DNA of 64,000 nucleotides. Source: Candidatus Bathyarchaeota archaeon (GTDB taxonomy: Archaea > Thermoproteota > Bathyarchaeia > Bathyarchaeales > Bathycorpusculaceae). Shown in pieces: positions 32,789-44,005 of this stretch. A model generated the notes under the pieces. It was not told the DNA's origin, searched no databases, and saw only the letters and a program-made list of their open reading frames with translations. Made by a program: the position numbers and the translations under genes. The stretch is taken from the NCBI GenBank assembly GCA_963720565.1, contig CAVRFW010000012.1:1-64000 (forward strand). The letters run 5' to 3'. Positions within the stretch are counted from its first letter, which is position 1. Each line of letters begins with the position of its first letter.

Positions 32789-33793
32789 CTAAACTTGAGC
32801 GAGTATTTCGTTTTTCCTCTTCTCATATTCTTCTTTGGTAATGAGGTCTTTGTCAAGTAGTCCTTTGAGGTTTTCAAGACGTGCCGCTATGTCGTCTCCA
32901 ATTTTAGCGGGTTTGGCTGTTGTTTCGCTTTCAACTCTGGGTTTCTTTCCGTTCTTCCTCATCACGAATACTATCAGCAAGATTATTACAACGATAGTTA
33001 TGACCACGCCAATTACGACCAGTAACAGGTTTTGTGGAATTCCCGTTTCCTCAAAGGCTGCTTCTTTTGCCTCGGCCTCGTCAAGATGCTCTGAAGCAGT
33101 CTGCAATTTTAACAATGCTGCATCCCAATCCTCAGCTATCGCCAGAGCAACGGCATCATTCTTTTCTCCTTCTGCCTGACTCAACAGAGACCGAGCGTCT
33201 GGGCTTCGATACGTGGCGTTTGATGCCTCACCCATTTTGTTGTTCACTTCTACTAGCAACGTGTTAAATGATTTCACTCGAGAATCAAAGATTTCCAGCG
33301 AAAAGGTTGGAGAATCCCATCCGAATTCCTCATAGGGGTAGGATGTTCCCTGATATCCGTCTATTCCAATAGTATAGTTGTGCGAACCAACAGCGACATT
33401 TGTTGGAATATGAATGAGCATGGGATTGAAAGTGTAACTTCCATTGGCGGTAACATTTACGGGATTATTAGACAAGTTAAAACCAGTGAAATTGTCTTTC
33501 GCCATCCAGTCAAAGTGGAAACCCACGAAGTAGATTGTGAGTTGCTCAGTGGAGTTATTGTGGAAATAGATGCTAACGGTTGCATTGCTGCCTTGATAGT
33601 AGGGTTGATTTGTCCAGTTTACATTTGCCGAGGCTTGATTTTCTTCAAGGGCAAAAACAACACTGCTGAACATCATACCTGAAAAGATGCTAAGGCAAAT
33701 TGCAGCGACTAATATGCTAAGCGACTTCACTGAATATTTCCTCGAAGATACAGAGTGCCGCGCTTCGTCATATATGTTTTTTCCCAATTTCAC
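32789..33793 (-). CDS. Secreted Ig-like protein with TM anchor and C-terminal SHOCT domain
   Basis: Signal region, many N-x-S/T sequons, TM helix, LENLKGLLDKDLITKEEYEKRKNEIL. Confidence 0.8.
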   Translation of the reverse strand: MKLGKNIYDEARHSVSSRKYSVKSLSILVAAICLSIFSGMMFSSVVFALEENQASANVNWTNQPYYQGSNATVSIYFHNNSTEQLTIYFVGFHFDWMAKDNFTGFNLSNNPVNVTANGSYTFNPMLIHIPTNVAVGSHNYTIGIDGYQGTSYPYEEFGWDSPTFSLEIFDSRVKSFNTLLVEVNNKMGEASNATYRSPDARSLLSQAEGEKNDAVALAIAEDWDAALLKLQTASEHLDEAEAKEAAFEETGIPQNLLLVVIGVVITIVVIILLIVFVMRKNGKKPRVESETTAKPAKIGDDIAARLENLKGLLDKDLITKEEYEKRKNEILAQV

Positions 33794-33968
33794 ATTGGTA
33801 GCGGTTTAGAGTGAGCCCACGAGTTTGCCAAGGAAAATTGACCGAGACCTGATTGTGTGTTAGAAAGTGCAAATTACAGAACAGCAGAGAAGAAGTCTTA
33901 ACTTTTCCGTTTTCTTCTGTATTTTGTCTGCCCTTTGTTTCGTAGCTGATTAAAAAATGTGATAGAAT

Positions 33969-35456
33969 TCAATTATGCCTAAAGTAGTCGCTGATGAATT
34001 TGGTGATGATTTGGGGGTAACTCAGAGCAGACTTCAGAGTTTTTTTAGGATTTTTAACATAGTTGATTATGGACAACCTCTTATATTCCTTGAATGCCTC
34101 GATAGCGATTCTCTTCACTTCATTCGGGGTGAAATCTCCTGTCTCGATTAGCGGCATTCCACGTGTCTGTCTTACCTCGGCTAGGTCTCTTGGTGTCAGA
34201 TTCTCTCTGATAAATCCCTTATCTTTGCATTCTTCATATAGTCTGGTTCCGTACAAAGGTGTGGCGATGTGAAGATGCATGCCCAAATCGTATTCGCGTT
34301 TAAGCCTTAGGGCAAGGTTCACGGTTTTCATCATGTTTTCCTTTTTTTCGCCAGGGAAGCCTATAATGTAAAATGCTGAGGCCGGCAGGTCGAGTTCTTT
34401 GCACATTTTAGCGACTCGGATAGCGTCATCAATTTTGAGGCTTTTGTTGATTACCTTGTCCAGGATGAATTGGTCGCCTGATTCGATGGCGAAGATGACG
34501 CTTTGACATCCTGACGCTTTCATTTTCTTCAGGAGACTCTCGGTTAGATGGTCTGCTCTGATGCCATTTGGTGTTTCCCATTTGACATGGAGGTTGTTTT
34601 CAATAATCTTGTCGCATATTGTTTCGAATCGTTTCTGGTCCAAGGTAAGGTTGTCGTCTTCGAAGAATATGGTTTTTACTCTATACTTTTCTATGACATA
34701 TTTGATGTGTTCAATTACATAATCTGCTGAGTGAGCTCTGAAAGTTTTTCCCATATGCAAATGGACAGAACAGAAATTGCAGTTGAAGGGGCAGCCCCTG
34801 CTTGTGATCATGGATATTGCGCGGTCTTTGAAACTGCGATATTCAATTTTGTCTGGATTAAGGTACTGTTCCATGTTCACTAAGTGGTAGGCTGGGTAAG
34901 GTAACTCATCAAGGTTTTCAATTAACGGTCTAGGCGAGTTTAATGTCAGCTCATTGTTTTCGCGGTAGGCAATTCCTTGAATATCTGCAATTCTTTTGTG
35001 CCCTTCAAAGTGCTTTGCGATATCAAGCATCGTGTATTCACCCTCGCCTACGACTGCGAGGTCAACGTTTTTTGCAGCCTCGAGAAAGTTTACGGGCACG
35101 ACCGTCGTGTGAGGGCCCCCCACAACGGTTAAGATATTCGGGTTAACCTCTTTGACAATGTCTGCGACCTTGGTAGCGTTCTCTGTTTGACAGGTGAAAG
35201 GATTTGATATGCCCACTATGTCCGGGCCAATTCTGGCTATTTCTTCCTTTATCTTCCCGTAGGGCATTCCGACTTCAACTATGTCACCGGCTTTCTGGAA
35301 AGAGGATTCGGTCATGAACGCGTCTAGAATCTCAACTTTGTATCCTTCCTTGTCCAGAACGGCAGCGATATGCATCAACCCCAAAGGAAGATTGCCTGCC
35401 GGTGCGTCAGAGCCGGGATAGAAAGTCTGCGGGGGGTTGATGAGGAGGATCTTCAT
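33969..35456 (-). CDS. B12-binding radical SAM protein
   Basis: PLGLMHIAA, VVGGPH, GEGE, TSRGCPFNCNFC, FEDDN. Confidence 0.92.
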   Translation of the reverse strand: MKILLINPPQTFYPGSDAPAGNLPLGLMHIAAVLDKEGYKVEILDAFMTESSFQKAGDIVEVGMPYGKIKEEIARIGPDIVGISNPFTCQTENATKVADIVKEVNPNILTVVGGPHTTVVPVNFLEAAKNVDLAVVGEGEYTMLDIAKHFEGHKRIADIQGIAYRENNELTLNSPRPLIENLDELPYPAYHLVNMEQYLNPDKIEYRSFKDRAISMITSRGCPFNCNFCSVHLHMGKTFRAHSADYVIEHIKYVIEKYRVKTIFFEDDNLTLDQKRFETICDKIIENNLHVKWETPNGIRADHLTESLLKKMKASGCQSVIFAIESGDQFILDKVINKSLKIDDAIRVAKMCKELDLPASAFYIIGFPGEKKENMMKTVNLALRLKREYDLGMHLHIATPLYGTRLYEECKDKGFIRENLTPRDLAEVRQTRGMPLIETGDFTPNEVKRIAIEAFKEYKRLSIINYVKNPKKTLKSALSYPQIITKFISDYFRHN

Positions 35457-35560
35457 TAGCTGTACCTATGGTAGAGTAGCCCTCGTGATTATTTAAATCC
35501 CCTTACAAACCATTGGTTTTGCGCTGAGCAGTTTGGACAAGAAGAATCTAAATAACTAAT

Positions 35561-36394
35561 CTATTTCTTGGCTATCCAGAGGCTCATTTCCGGGCGACAT
35601 ATACGAGCGTATATTGGGAAAATTGGGCTAAACAGCCATGTGCCCTTGACGTGATAATCCGTTCGGTTGAAAAAACAGAAATGCTCATTTTTTAGCACTC
35701 TTTCGATTCTTTCGTGGTCAAGCGGATGTTCTTTCTTGTGCCAATAATCAGATAGCGTGTAGTCAAGAGATGGAAACTTGACCCCGATAATCTGGAAATG
35801 CAAGGTGTTAATGAGCGGATTTGAATGAAAATAAATGCCCTTCACCAGGTTCGCCAAACCGCTTGGTTCATTCTGCCAATAGTATGGAGAAGCTTCATGG
35901 TCCAGGTACATGACGCCGCCTTTTTTCAGAAAACCCGATAGCCTTCGAAGAGCATCAGCGTAATCTGGAAGGTGATGGAGCACAGAAAAACCGGTGATTA
36001 AGTCGAAGTCATCTCTGTTAAAATGCACGTCTTCTATGGGGGAGTTAACAATGGTTAACTGTCTTGTTCTTTGAAACTTTCTATTTTTGTTTCGTAAAAC
36101 TTGGCACATTTCCGCTGAAATATCTATGGCGGTGACATTATAGCCTAAGGCGAGAAGTTTGTCGGTAATATTTCCAGTGCCCGCTCCGATGTCGAGAGCC
36201 CTCTTGCGGTTGTTTTGAATGAGGCTGCTTGCCTTCTGCAGGGTGGAGTTTATTCTGTTCTGCTCCTGTTTGCCATACACTTCCGGGTGAAACAGCTCAT
36301 AATATGCGGCTTCAAAACGGTGGACTTCGATATTCGCTTCATGTATCTCTTTTTTGCTAATTGCAGGCAAGACCTCCATCATGGTGTTCGCCAA
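35561..36394 (-). CDS. Class I SAM-dependent methyltransferase
   Basis: ALDIGAGTG, SVLHH, LKKGG. Confidence 0.88.
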   Translation of the reverse strand: MANTMMEVLPAISKKEIHEANIEVHRFEAAYYELFHPEVYGKQEQNRINSTLQKASSLIQNNRKRALDIGAGTGNITDKLLALGYNVTAIDISAEMCQVLRNKNRKFQRTRQLTIVNSPIEDVHFNRDDFDLITGFSVLHHLPDYADALRRLSGFLKKGGVMYLDHEASPYYWQNEPSGLANLVKGIYFHSNPLINTLHFQIIGVKFPSLDYTLSDYWHKKEHPLDHERIERVLKNEHFCFFNRTDYHVKGTWLFSPIFPIYARICRPEMSLWIAKK

Positions 36395-36563
36395 GTTTTA
36401 TCCTGTGTAAGCTAAGTTTACTTAGCTTTTTCAGTTCTAAATAACGCTTGCGTTTTCAGCAGTCGATCTTGCCCAATATGGGCATCAGCATGCTTTTATG
36501 GAGGACGCCAGAATTATCAATAACGAAAACGTCTATTTACAATCGAAGAAGGGTCTAGGCGGT

Positions 36564-38093
36564 ATGGTTGAACTTAGAGAAATAGAACAGCAGGTACTTT
36601 GCACATTGGAGAAACTTGGCGGAACAGCTTCGGTGGAGCAATTAATCTCTGAACTTGGGTTCAGTGATGCAGCTGTAATGCGCACAGCCTTAACCCTGCA
36701 AGAGAAGAGTCTTCTCAAGATATATGCGGAACAACAGATTCAAGTCAAACTCACAAACGAAGGAGAACTCCATGCCAAGAATGGCTTGCCAGAACGCAGA
36801 CTCATAAAGGTAGTCGTAGCACTCGGCGGAACCTCCGACCTAAACAAAGCCTTGGAAAAAGCAAAACTCGAAAAAAAGTTTGTGCAAATCGCACTAGGCT
36901 GGGCACTAAGAAAGAAATGGGCAGTCTACGACTCTTCAACCAACACCATCAGAATACCAGACCAACGCTTACACGAGGTCGTAATTTCCGAAGGCGACGA
37001 CGAAGCATTGCTCAGTTTTCTTTGTACTGTGCAGCAGACTACATTCAATAGTCTGGCGGTTAAGCTTCAAGCGGCAGTAGAAACTCTAAAGAAACGCAAA
37101 CTATTGACTGCGGAACCGAAAGCCAAAAGAAAACTTGAAATTACCCAAGAAGGAAAACAATCGGCGCTAGACCGAAAATCAACGACACAAGAAATCACCA
37201 GTCTCACGCCACAGCATATTATCACGGGAAAATGGCGAGAAACCAAATTCCAAAAATACAACATCCAAGCCCCGGTGGCTAAGACTTGGCCAGGAAAAAA
37301 GCACCCGTATCTCCGTTTTATAGAGGAGGTCCGACAGAAACTAGTCCAACTCGGCTTCAAAGAGATGACAGGCACAAACGTTGAAACCGCCTTCTTCAAC
37401 TTCGACGCTCTATACACGCCTCAAGATCATCCCGCCCGTGAAAACTCGGATATCTATTACGTTAAGAACCCGGAATACGGCGACACAACCAAACATAGAA
37501 TCGCGATAGAGAATGTTAGATACACTCATCAAGACGGGTGGCGTACAGGCTCAACAGGCTGGCGCTACAAATACTCAATCCAAGAAGCAAAACGCCTAGT
37601 TCTACGTGGACACGGAACATGCCTCAGCGCTCGAACGCTCCTAAACAAGAACCTAGAGATTCCGAGCCGACACTTTTCCATAGCACGCGTTTATAGACCA
37701 GAAGTTACAGACAAAACGCATCTAAGCGAATTCAACCAAGTTGAAGGCATAATCGTTGATGAAAAATTAACTCTTAAAGACCTGTTGGGTGTACTGGAGA
37801 AGTTTGCCAAGGAAATCGCAGGAGCAGACAAAGTCCGCTTCAAACCCGACTATTTCCCCTTTACGGAGCCAAGCGTAGAACTGAATGCTTACAAAGAGGG
37901 TTACGGTTGGATCGAGATAGGGGGATCAGGGATATTCCGACCAGAAGTAACGTTGCCTCTGGGCGTAGAAGTGCCTGTGATTGCCTGGGGCTTGGGCGTT
38001 GACCGATTGTTCATGATGCGGGCAGGAATTGATGATATCCGCTACATTTTCAGTCAGGATTTAGATTGGCTGAGAAGGAAACAGGTGGTTTAG
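36564..38093 (+). CDS. pheS: Phenylalanyl-tRNA synthetase alpha subunit
   Basis: NFDALYTPQDHPAR, EFNQVEG, YFPFTEPS, AWGLGVDR. Confidence 0.97.
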   Translation: MVELREIEQQVLCTLEKLGGTASVEQLISELGFSDAAVMRTALTLQEKSLLKIYAEQQIQVKLTNEGELHAKNGLPERRLIKVVVALGGTSDLNKALEKAKLEKKFVQIALGWALRKKWAVYDSSTNTIRIPDQRLHEVVISEGDDEALLSFLCTVQQTTFNSLAVKLQAAVETLKKRKLLTAEPKAKRKLEITQEGKQSALDRKSTTQEITSLTPQHIITGKWRETKFQKYNIQAPVAKTWPGKKHPYLRFIEEVRQKLVQLGFKEMTGTNVETAFFNFDALYTPQDHPARENSDIYYVKNPEYGDTTKHRIAIENVRYTHQDGWRTGSTGWRYKYSIQEAKRLVLRGHGTCLSARTLLNKNLEIPSRHFSIARVYRPEVTDKTHLSEFNQVEGIIVDEKLTLKDLLGVLEKFAKEIAGADKVRFKPDYFPFTEPSVELNAYKEGYGWIEIGGSGIFRPEVTLPLGVEVPVIAWGLGVDRLFMMRAGIDDIRYIFSQDLDWLRRKQVV

Positions 38094-38095
38094 CA

Positions 38096-39790
38096 ATGCC
38101 GACAATTGATGTAGAACTTGGCGAACTGGAGAAGCTCTTGAACGTTTCGTTCAAATGCAACATTGAAAAACTGGATGAAGTTTTGACGCTTATTAAGGGA
38201 GAAGTAAAACTTTTCAACCAACAAGAAGGTGTGGTGAACATTGAGATCAAGGACACAAACCGTCCTGACCTTTGGAGCGTTGAAGGCTTAGCCAGAGCAC
38301 TACGCGGATACCTCAATTCTAAAGAAGATTTCGGAGAATACATTGTAAAAGGACCATTGATTGATGTTTCTGTTGATTCGAGGCTTAATTCCATACGTCC
38401 GTTTATGGGTGTTGCCGTCGTTGAAAACTTGAAGTTGAGCGACGCGATAATTAGAGGGCTTATGCACCTTCAAGATAAACTAGACCAAACTTACGGAAGG
38501 AACCGCCAGAAAACCTCAATTGGGCTCTATGATTACGATTTGATGAATCCGCCCTTGCATTATACAGTTGCCAAGCCTGAAAAGGTTAAATTCGCACCAT
38601 TAGGTTTCGAAGAAGCGATGAATCTTGCAGAGATCTTAGAACGCCATCCGAAAGGCATTGAATACGGCAGAATCGTGAAGAGACACAGCGTTTACCCCTT
38701 AATTTTGGATTCGAAAGGGAAGATTCTGTCTTTTCCCCCTATAATTAACTCCAATGATTTGGGGAGGGTCACTGCTGAAACGCGTAATGTTCTTGTAGAA
38801 GTCACAGGAACAGCCCATGAAGCGGTACTTAACGCCTTGAAACTTGTGACTTTAGCTTTGGCTGATAGAGGAGGCCAAGTGTCTTCGGGGACTATTAAGT
38901 ATGCATTTGATGGCTCACAGGTTGTTACTCCTGATTTTCGAAGCAATCTAATGGAATTGAGTGTTGGGTACGCGAACAGAATTCTGGGTTTACAACTAAC
39001 TTCTAAGCAAATGGCAAAGTTGTTGCCTAGAGCTGGTTTTGGCGTTGAAGAAACCAGCGGTGACACCATTATGGTTTCTGTGCCTTGTTACCGCGTGGAT
39101 GTTATGCACCAGGTTGATTTAGTTGAAGACGTCGCAATTGCCTACGGATATGATCGGATTGAACCAGTCTGGCGAGAGCTTCCCACCACCGGAAGCATGA
39201 GCGCTGAGCAGCACTTGATAGACGTTGCACGCGAGTTTATGGTTGGACTGAGTTTCCAGGAAATTTTAACGTACAATCTTACCAACTCTGAAAACCTGTT
39301 TGATAACATGAACATTGAGAAATCCACGATTGTTGAAGTTGCTAATCCCAAAGTTGCAACGATGACATGTCTTCGCAATAGCTTGTTACCAAGTCTTATG
39401 GAGTTTTTAGGCAACAACACGTCAATAGAGTTTCCTCAAAGGATCTTCGAGTTGGGCAAGGTGACAGCACTAGACAATACTAAGGAAACGAAGACTCGAG
39501 ACGAGAATTGGCTGGCAGCCGTAACGGCGCATGTTTCAGCCTGCTTCACCGAAATAAAATCAATTCTCGACTCGTTTTTAATGAATTTTGGCGTGGACTG
39601 GCAGATAAAGGAAACACTTCATTCCAGCTTCATTGAAGGCAGAATTGGAAAAGTACTTGTCAACGGAGAGGAAGCGGGCATAATCGGGGAAATTCACCCT
39701 CTTGTGCTTGAGCGTTGGAAACTGGAGAACCCTGCAGCTGCCTTCGAAATCAACCTGGACAAAATAATCCGAGGCAAACAATCAAAGTAG
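38096..39790 (+). CDS. pheT: Phenylalanyl-tRNA synthetase beta subunit
   Basis: NRPDL, SFPPIINS, DLVEDVAIAYGY, LRNSLLPSL. Confidence 0.97.
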   Translation: MPTIDVELGELEKLLNVSFKCNIEKLDEVLTLIKGEVKLFNQQEGVVNIEIKDTNRPDLWSVEGLARALRGYLNSKEDFGEYIVKGPLIDVSVDSRLNSIRPFMGVAVVENLKLSDAIIRGLMHLQDKLDQTYGRNRQKTSIGLYDYDLMNPPLHYTVAKPEKVKFAPLGFEEAMNLAEILERHPKGIEYGRIVKRHSVYPLILDSKGKILSFPPIINSNDLGRVTAETRNVLVEVTGTAHEAVLNALKLVTLALADRGGQVSSGTIKYAFDGSQVVTPDFRSNLMELSVGYANRILGLQLTSKQMAKLLPRAGFGVEETSGDTIMVSVPCYRVDVMHQVDLVEDVAIAYGYDRIEPVWRELPTTGSMSAEQHLIDVAREFMVGLSFQEILTYNLTNSENLFDNMNIEKSTIVEVANPKVATMTCLRNSLLPSLMEFLGNNTSIEFPQRIFELGKVTALDNTKETKTRDENWLAAVTAHVSACFTEIKSILDSFLMNFGVDWQIKETLHSSFIEGRIGKVLVNGEEAGIIGEIHPLVLERWKLENPAAAFEINLDKIIRGKQSK

Positions 39791-39977
39791 TTTTTTGCCT
39801 ATTGTAGAACAGGTCTTCAACGAATACGAGATGAAACGGGATAAGAAACCTACTTGCCAAGCTTGTGAAGAGACATTTAAACAGCGCTAGGAAAACTTTC
39901 CGATTCTTGACGTGACTTTGTGAATTTAGGCTGAACATATAGGCAAAACATAAATTTGGAAAAAGGAATAACGGTTA

Positions 39978-40277
39978 ATGGTGTTTGTCTTGGTAAGCGT
40001 TAACAAGCTAGTCGGAATGAAAGTAATAACCGCGAAGGCATACGTTCTTGGCGAAGTGAAAGGTCTAGAAGCTAACGTTGAAAATTGGAAAATTACGCAT
40101 CTGCTAATCAGACTTTCAGAGAAGGCTGGAACAGATCTAGGATTTAAGAAAAGATTCGGCAGCGCCACAGTCTCAATGCCTGTAGAATTAGTCAAAGCGG
40201 TAGGAGAGTTTGTTTCAATCGACAAGTCTTTCGAAGAGCTCAGCCGAACCGTTGACATCGTTGAATACAAGGAATAG
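39978..40277 (+). CDS. PRC-barrel domain protein
   Basis: LVGMKVIT..LGEVKGLEAN..WKITHL..VKAVGEFV. Confidence 0.8.
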   Translation: MVFVLVSVNKLVGMKVITAKAYVLGEVKGLEANVENWKITHLLIRLSEKAGTDLGFKKRFGSATVSMPVELVKAVGEFVSIDKSFEELSRTVDIVEYKE

Positions 40278-40466
40278 GAAACGCCGATACGCAAAAACTA
40301 ACACCTAACAAGTATTGCTGAGCTCTTTTTTCTTTCCCCAATCTGATTTCGCACATGAATTCTTCCATATATGATTTAAAGCTGTAATCACAATGTCAAA
40401 GTTCCCACTCAAAATTTGGTTAGGTACGTTTTTTAATCAGTACTCTCTTAAAAGACTCGGTTTTAG

Positions 40467-40757
40467 GTGTTAGATTTGGAAAAAACCATTCAGAAATATC
40501 TGTTGATGATTAAACTAAGTCCCAATATGGCTGCGAAAATTTATGAACCACTAATCGAATTTGACCAGAATCCAATGGCAGGGGTAATCCTGGAAGAGGC
40601 ATATCAGGTTTTTGGTCAATGGGATTTTGCTGTCCTATTTCGTGCTGACACTAATGCTGACGCACTGCATTTCGTCGGAGACAAAATTCGCCTAATAGAA
40701 GGCGTCATCGAGACCCTTACCATACCATTGGCACCCATAAAGAACTACCACAAATAG
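40467..40757 (+). CDS. Stand-alone Lrp/AsnC ligand-binding (GYD-like) domain protein
   Basis: VFGQWDFAV..KIRLIEGVIETLT. Confidence 0.75.
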   Translation: MLDLEKTIQKYLLMIKLSPNMAAKIYEPLIEFDQNPMAGVILEEAYQVFGQWDFAVLFRADTNADALHFVGDKIRLIEGVIETLTIPLAPIKNYHK

Positions 40758-40978
40758 CAGATTGTCTTCTTTGTTATCTCTTTAGTGTCATAGGTCATCG
40801 AAACTACCTGACCTAGAACATCAGACTCTTTCAGAATGCCAACAATTTAACGAAAAACATTGGAAGTTCTTGAAGGGAGTTAGTTGCGAAAAAAAAGATA
40901 TATGACTGATGGATCTCTCTTTTGTCAAGAAGACTTCAGGTGATATTGACGGTTTCATCCAACGATGAAAACAGCGAA

Positions 40979-42085
40979 ATGGTAGTAACACCATGGGAAG
41001 TAAAAGGAAAAGTTGACTACGAACGCTTAATACGGGAATTCGGAACGCAACCTTTAACAAAAGAACTGCTTAACCGAATAGAAAGTCATACCGGAAGTCT
41101 TCATCTCCAGCTTCAAAGACATATCTTCTTCTCCCACCGCGATTTAGATGCAGTAGTAGACCTCTACGAAAAAGGAACAAAATTTGTTCTGTACACCGGA
41201 AGAGGACCATCAGGGCCAGTGCACATCGGGCATCTTGTGCCGTGGATTTTCACTTTGCATATTCAAAAGAAATTCAATACGAGACTTTATTTCCAATTAA
41301 CCGACGACGAGAAATTCCTCATCGACGACGAAGCAACCCTTAAACAAACACGTCATTACGCTTATGAAAACGCTTTAGACCTCATTGCATTAGGCTTCAA
41401 ACCCAACGACACATTCATAATTTACGACGTAGAAGACATAGACCTGCTCTACAGCACTGCGCTAGAAGTTGCCAAAAACGTAACATACTCTACTGCACGA
41501 GCAAGCTTTGGATTCCAAGATAGCACAAACATCGGTTGGGTTTTCTGGCCTGCAATGCAAGCTGCGCCGTGTTTCATCCACGCCAAACTAACAGGTGAAA
41601 ACGTCCCCGCCTTAATTCCGGCCGCAATTGACCAAGATCCTTATTGGAGAGTCACTCGTGATGTGGCACAGAAACTTGGCTATTATAAGCCGGCCCAAAT
41701 CCACTGCCGTTTTCTTCCAGGACTAGGTGCAGGCGGAAAAATGAGTGCATCCATTCCTGAAACAAGCATTTTTACCAAAGACCCTCCCGATTTGGTGAAA
41801 CGCAAAATTTGGAATGCTTTCACAGGAGGCAAAGGAACAGCCGCCGAACAAAGGAAAACGGGGGCCGACCCAACAATATGCTCGATTTTTCAATACTATT
41901 TCTACCTCTTTGAAGATGACGACAAAAAACTACTTGAAAGAGAACACAAATGCAAGAGCGGCGCAATGCTCTGCGGTGAATGCAAGACTGACATAGTAGT
42001 TCGACTTAACAAGTTCCTAGAGGAACATCGCAAGAGAAGAGAAAAAGCGAAAGACACTATTGAACAATACCACATAAAACGCTAA
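40979..42085 (+). CDS. trpS: Tryptophanyl-tRNA synthetase
   Basis: VTPWEV, GRGPSGPVHIGH, IDQDPY, KMSAS. Confidence 0.97.
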   Translation: MVVTPWEVKGKVDYERLIREFGTQPLTKELLNRIESHTGSLHLQLQRHIFFSHRDLDAVVDLYEKGTKFVLYTGRGPSGPVHIGHLVPWIFTLHIQKKFNTRLYFQLTDDEKFLIDDEATLKQTRHYAYENALDLIALGFKPNDTFIIYDVEDIDLLYSTALEVAKNVTYSTARASFGFQDSTNIGWVFWPAMQAAPCFIHAKLTGENVPALIPAAIDQDPYWRVTRDVAQKLGYYKPAQIHCRFLPGLGAGGKMSASIPETSIFTKDPPDLVKRKIWNAFTGGKGTAAEQRKTGADPTICSIFQYYFYLFEDDDKKLLEREHKCKSGAMLCGECKTDIVVRLNKFLEEHRKRREKAKDTIEQYHIKR

Positions 42086-42367
42086 CTGCTAACAAAACCT
42101 TAGGCTCTAAACTGCTTACATCTCCCGAAACAGTCTTCAAACATCAACTTTTGAAACTAAAACGAAACCTTCCAATCTATGATTCTCCGGCGGCACCAAC
42201 GAATCTGCCCCTCGTACACCTCACACTTAGAGGTAATTTAGTAAGACAAGTGCACAATTGTGATGCAACGTTACCGAGAACACTACACCTAATTAGTATT
42301 CATGATTCGCAAGAGTTAAGTTTGGCTGTTGTAGTTCAAAAAGAATAGAACAAACGGAGATAAAAAA

Positions 42368-42670
42368 ATGCCCGAATACTTAGTCTTGATGAAATTAAAC
42401 CCAAGCAAGATAATCGAAACCTTAGACGCTATAAGAAACACAGATGATAAACCTCTCTCGGGTATTAATCTGCGTTACAGCATGAATATTTTTGGATCTT
42501 GGGATGTTGCAGTTTGGATAAACGCTGACAACAACTCCAAAGCAGCAGACTTCGTGCAAAAAAAGATTAAAGACCTCGATGGGGTTACTGAAATATACAC
42601 TGTACCCACATTTCCACATGGAAACAATGGAAAAAATTCAAAGGAGCAAAATCCCCCTTTAAGTCCCTAA
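42368..42670 (+). CDS. Stand-alone Lrp/AsnC ligand-binding domain protein
   Basis: IFGSWDVAV..KIKDLDGVTEIYT. Confidence 0.75.
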   Translation: MPEYLVLMKLNPSKIIETLDAIRNTDDKPLSGINLRYSMNIFGSWDVAVWINADNNSKAADFVQKKIKDLDGVTEIYTVPTFPHGNNGKNSKEQNPPLSP

Positions 42671-42940
42671 CCAAGAGTTCTAGAACAAGAGGAAATAGGG
42701 CGTAATCTTCGAAATCTCTTCTCTTTACCCCTTGCGACGATTCTGGGTTATTTTGTAGACCTATCTTAACTCTTAGTTTCCAAGAAAGTCGATATCAGGA
42801 AAGCGTTATACATTTTCAAATTTCGTTCCTAGAAGAACGAGAAAAGCATCAGGCACCTTCTGTGTGAAGCGGAATTGGACAAAACATTTAATTTCAGAGC
42901 GACAATCTCACACCATCAACCATCTGGGTGCTTAAACTGA

Positions 42941-44005
42941 ATGGAGCGGAACAAACCTAAGTTAACAAAGAAAACGGTGATTCTTCCTTTAGTTGGCATA
43001 GTAGCCTTCTTGCTCTATGTTTACCTCTTTAATGTAGACATCGTGAACATAATTCAGACAGCTCAACGTGCACAACCCATACCTTATGCAGCAGCTATCC
43101 TTGTAAGCTTTGGAGAAATTTTGTTCTACGCGTTCTCCTGGAGAACAATTCTAGATGGCTTGAACGTGAAATTGTCAATAGTGAAATCGTACATTTTCGT
43201 TTTATACGGGAACCTAATAGACATACTAATCCCTGCGGAATCTGTAAGCGGTGAAATCGCCAGAGTCTACTTGGTGAACAGGGAACAAAGTGGCACAAGT
43301 GGCAAGGTGGTTGCAAGCCTTGTCACCTTCCGTTTGCTCAGCATGGTTATGAACGCAGTGTTTCTATTTCTAGGCGCAACATTGCTATTCGGGGTAACGC
43401 AAATTGATCCTTTAATTTTCAACTCAATCCAATTTTTCGTTGTTGGCACCGCAATATTCTTGGTATTTATTTTGGTATTATGCTGGAATGAAACGTGGAT
43501 AGTAAAAATAATCAATAGCATAATCCGTATTGGAGAACTTATTAGTCGCGGAAAATGGCAGCTTCAAAAAGTCCGGCAAGATGCGCACAACGCGGCTAGA
43601 GTTTTCAACAGTTCAATGAAAGAATTGATACGGAAACCTCAAAAGTTGATAGTTCCATCGTTCTATCTAGCTCTCAACTGGACTGCAAGTATGGGCATTC
43701 CCTATCTTGTATTCCTCTCTTTAGGCTATGAGGTCTCATGGGGCGTCATACTCGTAACCACTTCCATCGTAATAGCCGTTAAGTCAATACCCGTAGGAAT
43801 ACCCTTTGAAGTGGGTCTCCCCGAGATTGCCATGACCACAGTATACACAGCGTTAGGTGTTCCTCCCGGAATTGCAGCAACGTCAACAGTTTTAAGCCGG
43901 CTCATAACCCTGTGGCTTAGATTCGTCCTTGGTTTTGCCGCCTATCAATGGACCGAAATTAAAGCGGCTTTGCCTACAAATTCCATCCTGCTGAATGAAC
44001 CGTAG
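42941..44005 (+). CDS. Lysylphosphatidylglycerol synthase TM / flippase-like (UPF0104) protein
   Basis: SWRTIL, IPAESVSGEIARVY, VGLPE, RLITLW; multi-pass. Confidence 0.85.
   Translation: MERNKPKLTKKTVILPLVGIVAFLLYVYLFNVDIVNIIQTAQRAQPIPYAAAILVSFGEILFYAFSWRTILDGLNVKLSIVKSYIFVLYGNLIDILIPAESVSGEIARVYLVNREQSGTSGKVVASLVTFRLLSMVMNAVFLFLGATLLFGVTQIDPLIFNSIQFFVVGTAIFLVFILVLCWNETWIVKIINSIIRIGELISRGKWQLQKVRQDAHNAARVFNSSMKELIRKPQKLIVPSFYLALNWTASMGIPYLVFLSLGYEVSWGVILVTTSIVIAVKSIPVGIPFEVGLPEIAMTTVYTALGVPPGIAATSTVLSRLITLWLRFVLGFAAYQWTEIKAALPTNSILLNEP

Noticed and set aside
39978..40277. PRC-barrel protein as a CdpB cell-division factor
   Set aside because: The subfamily cannot be assigned by eye and there are no ftsZ/sepF neighbours
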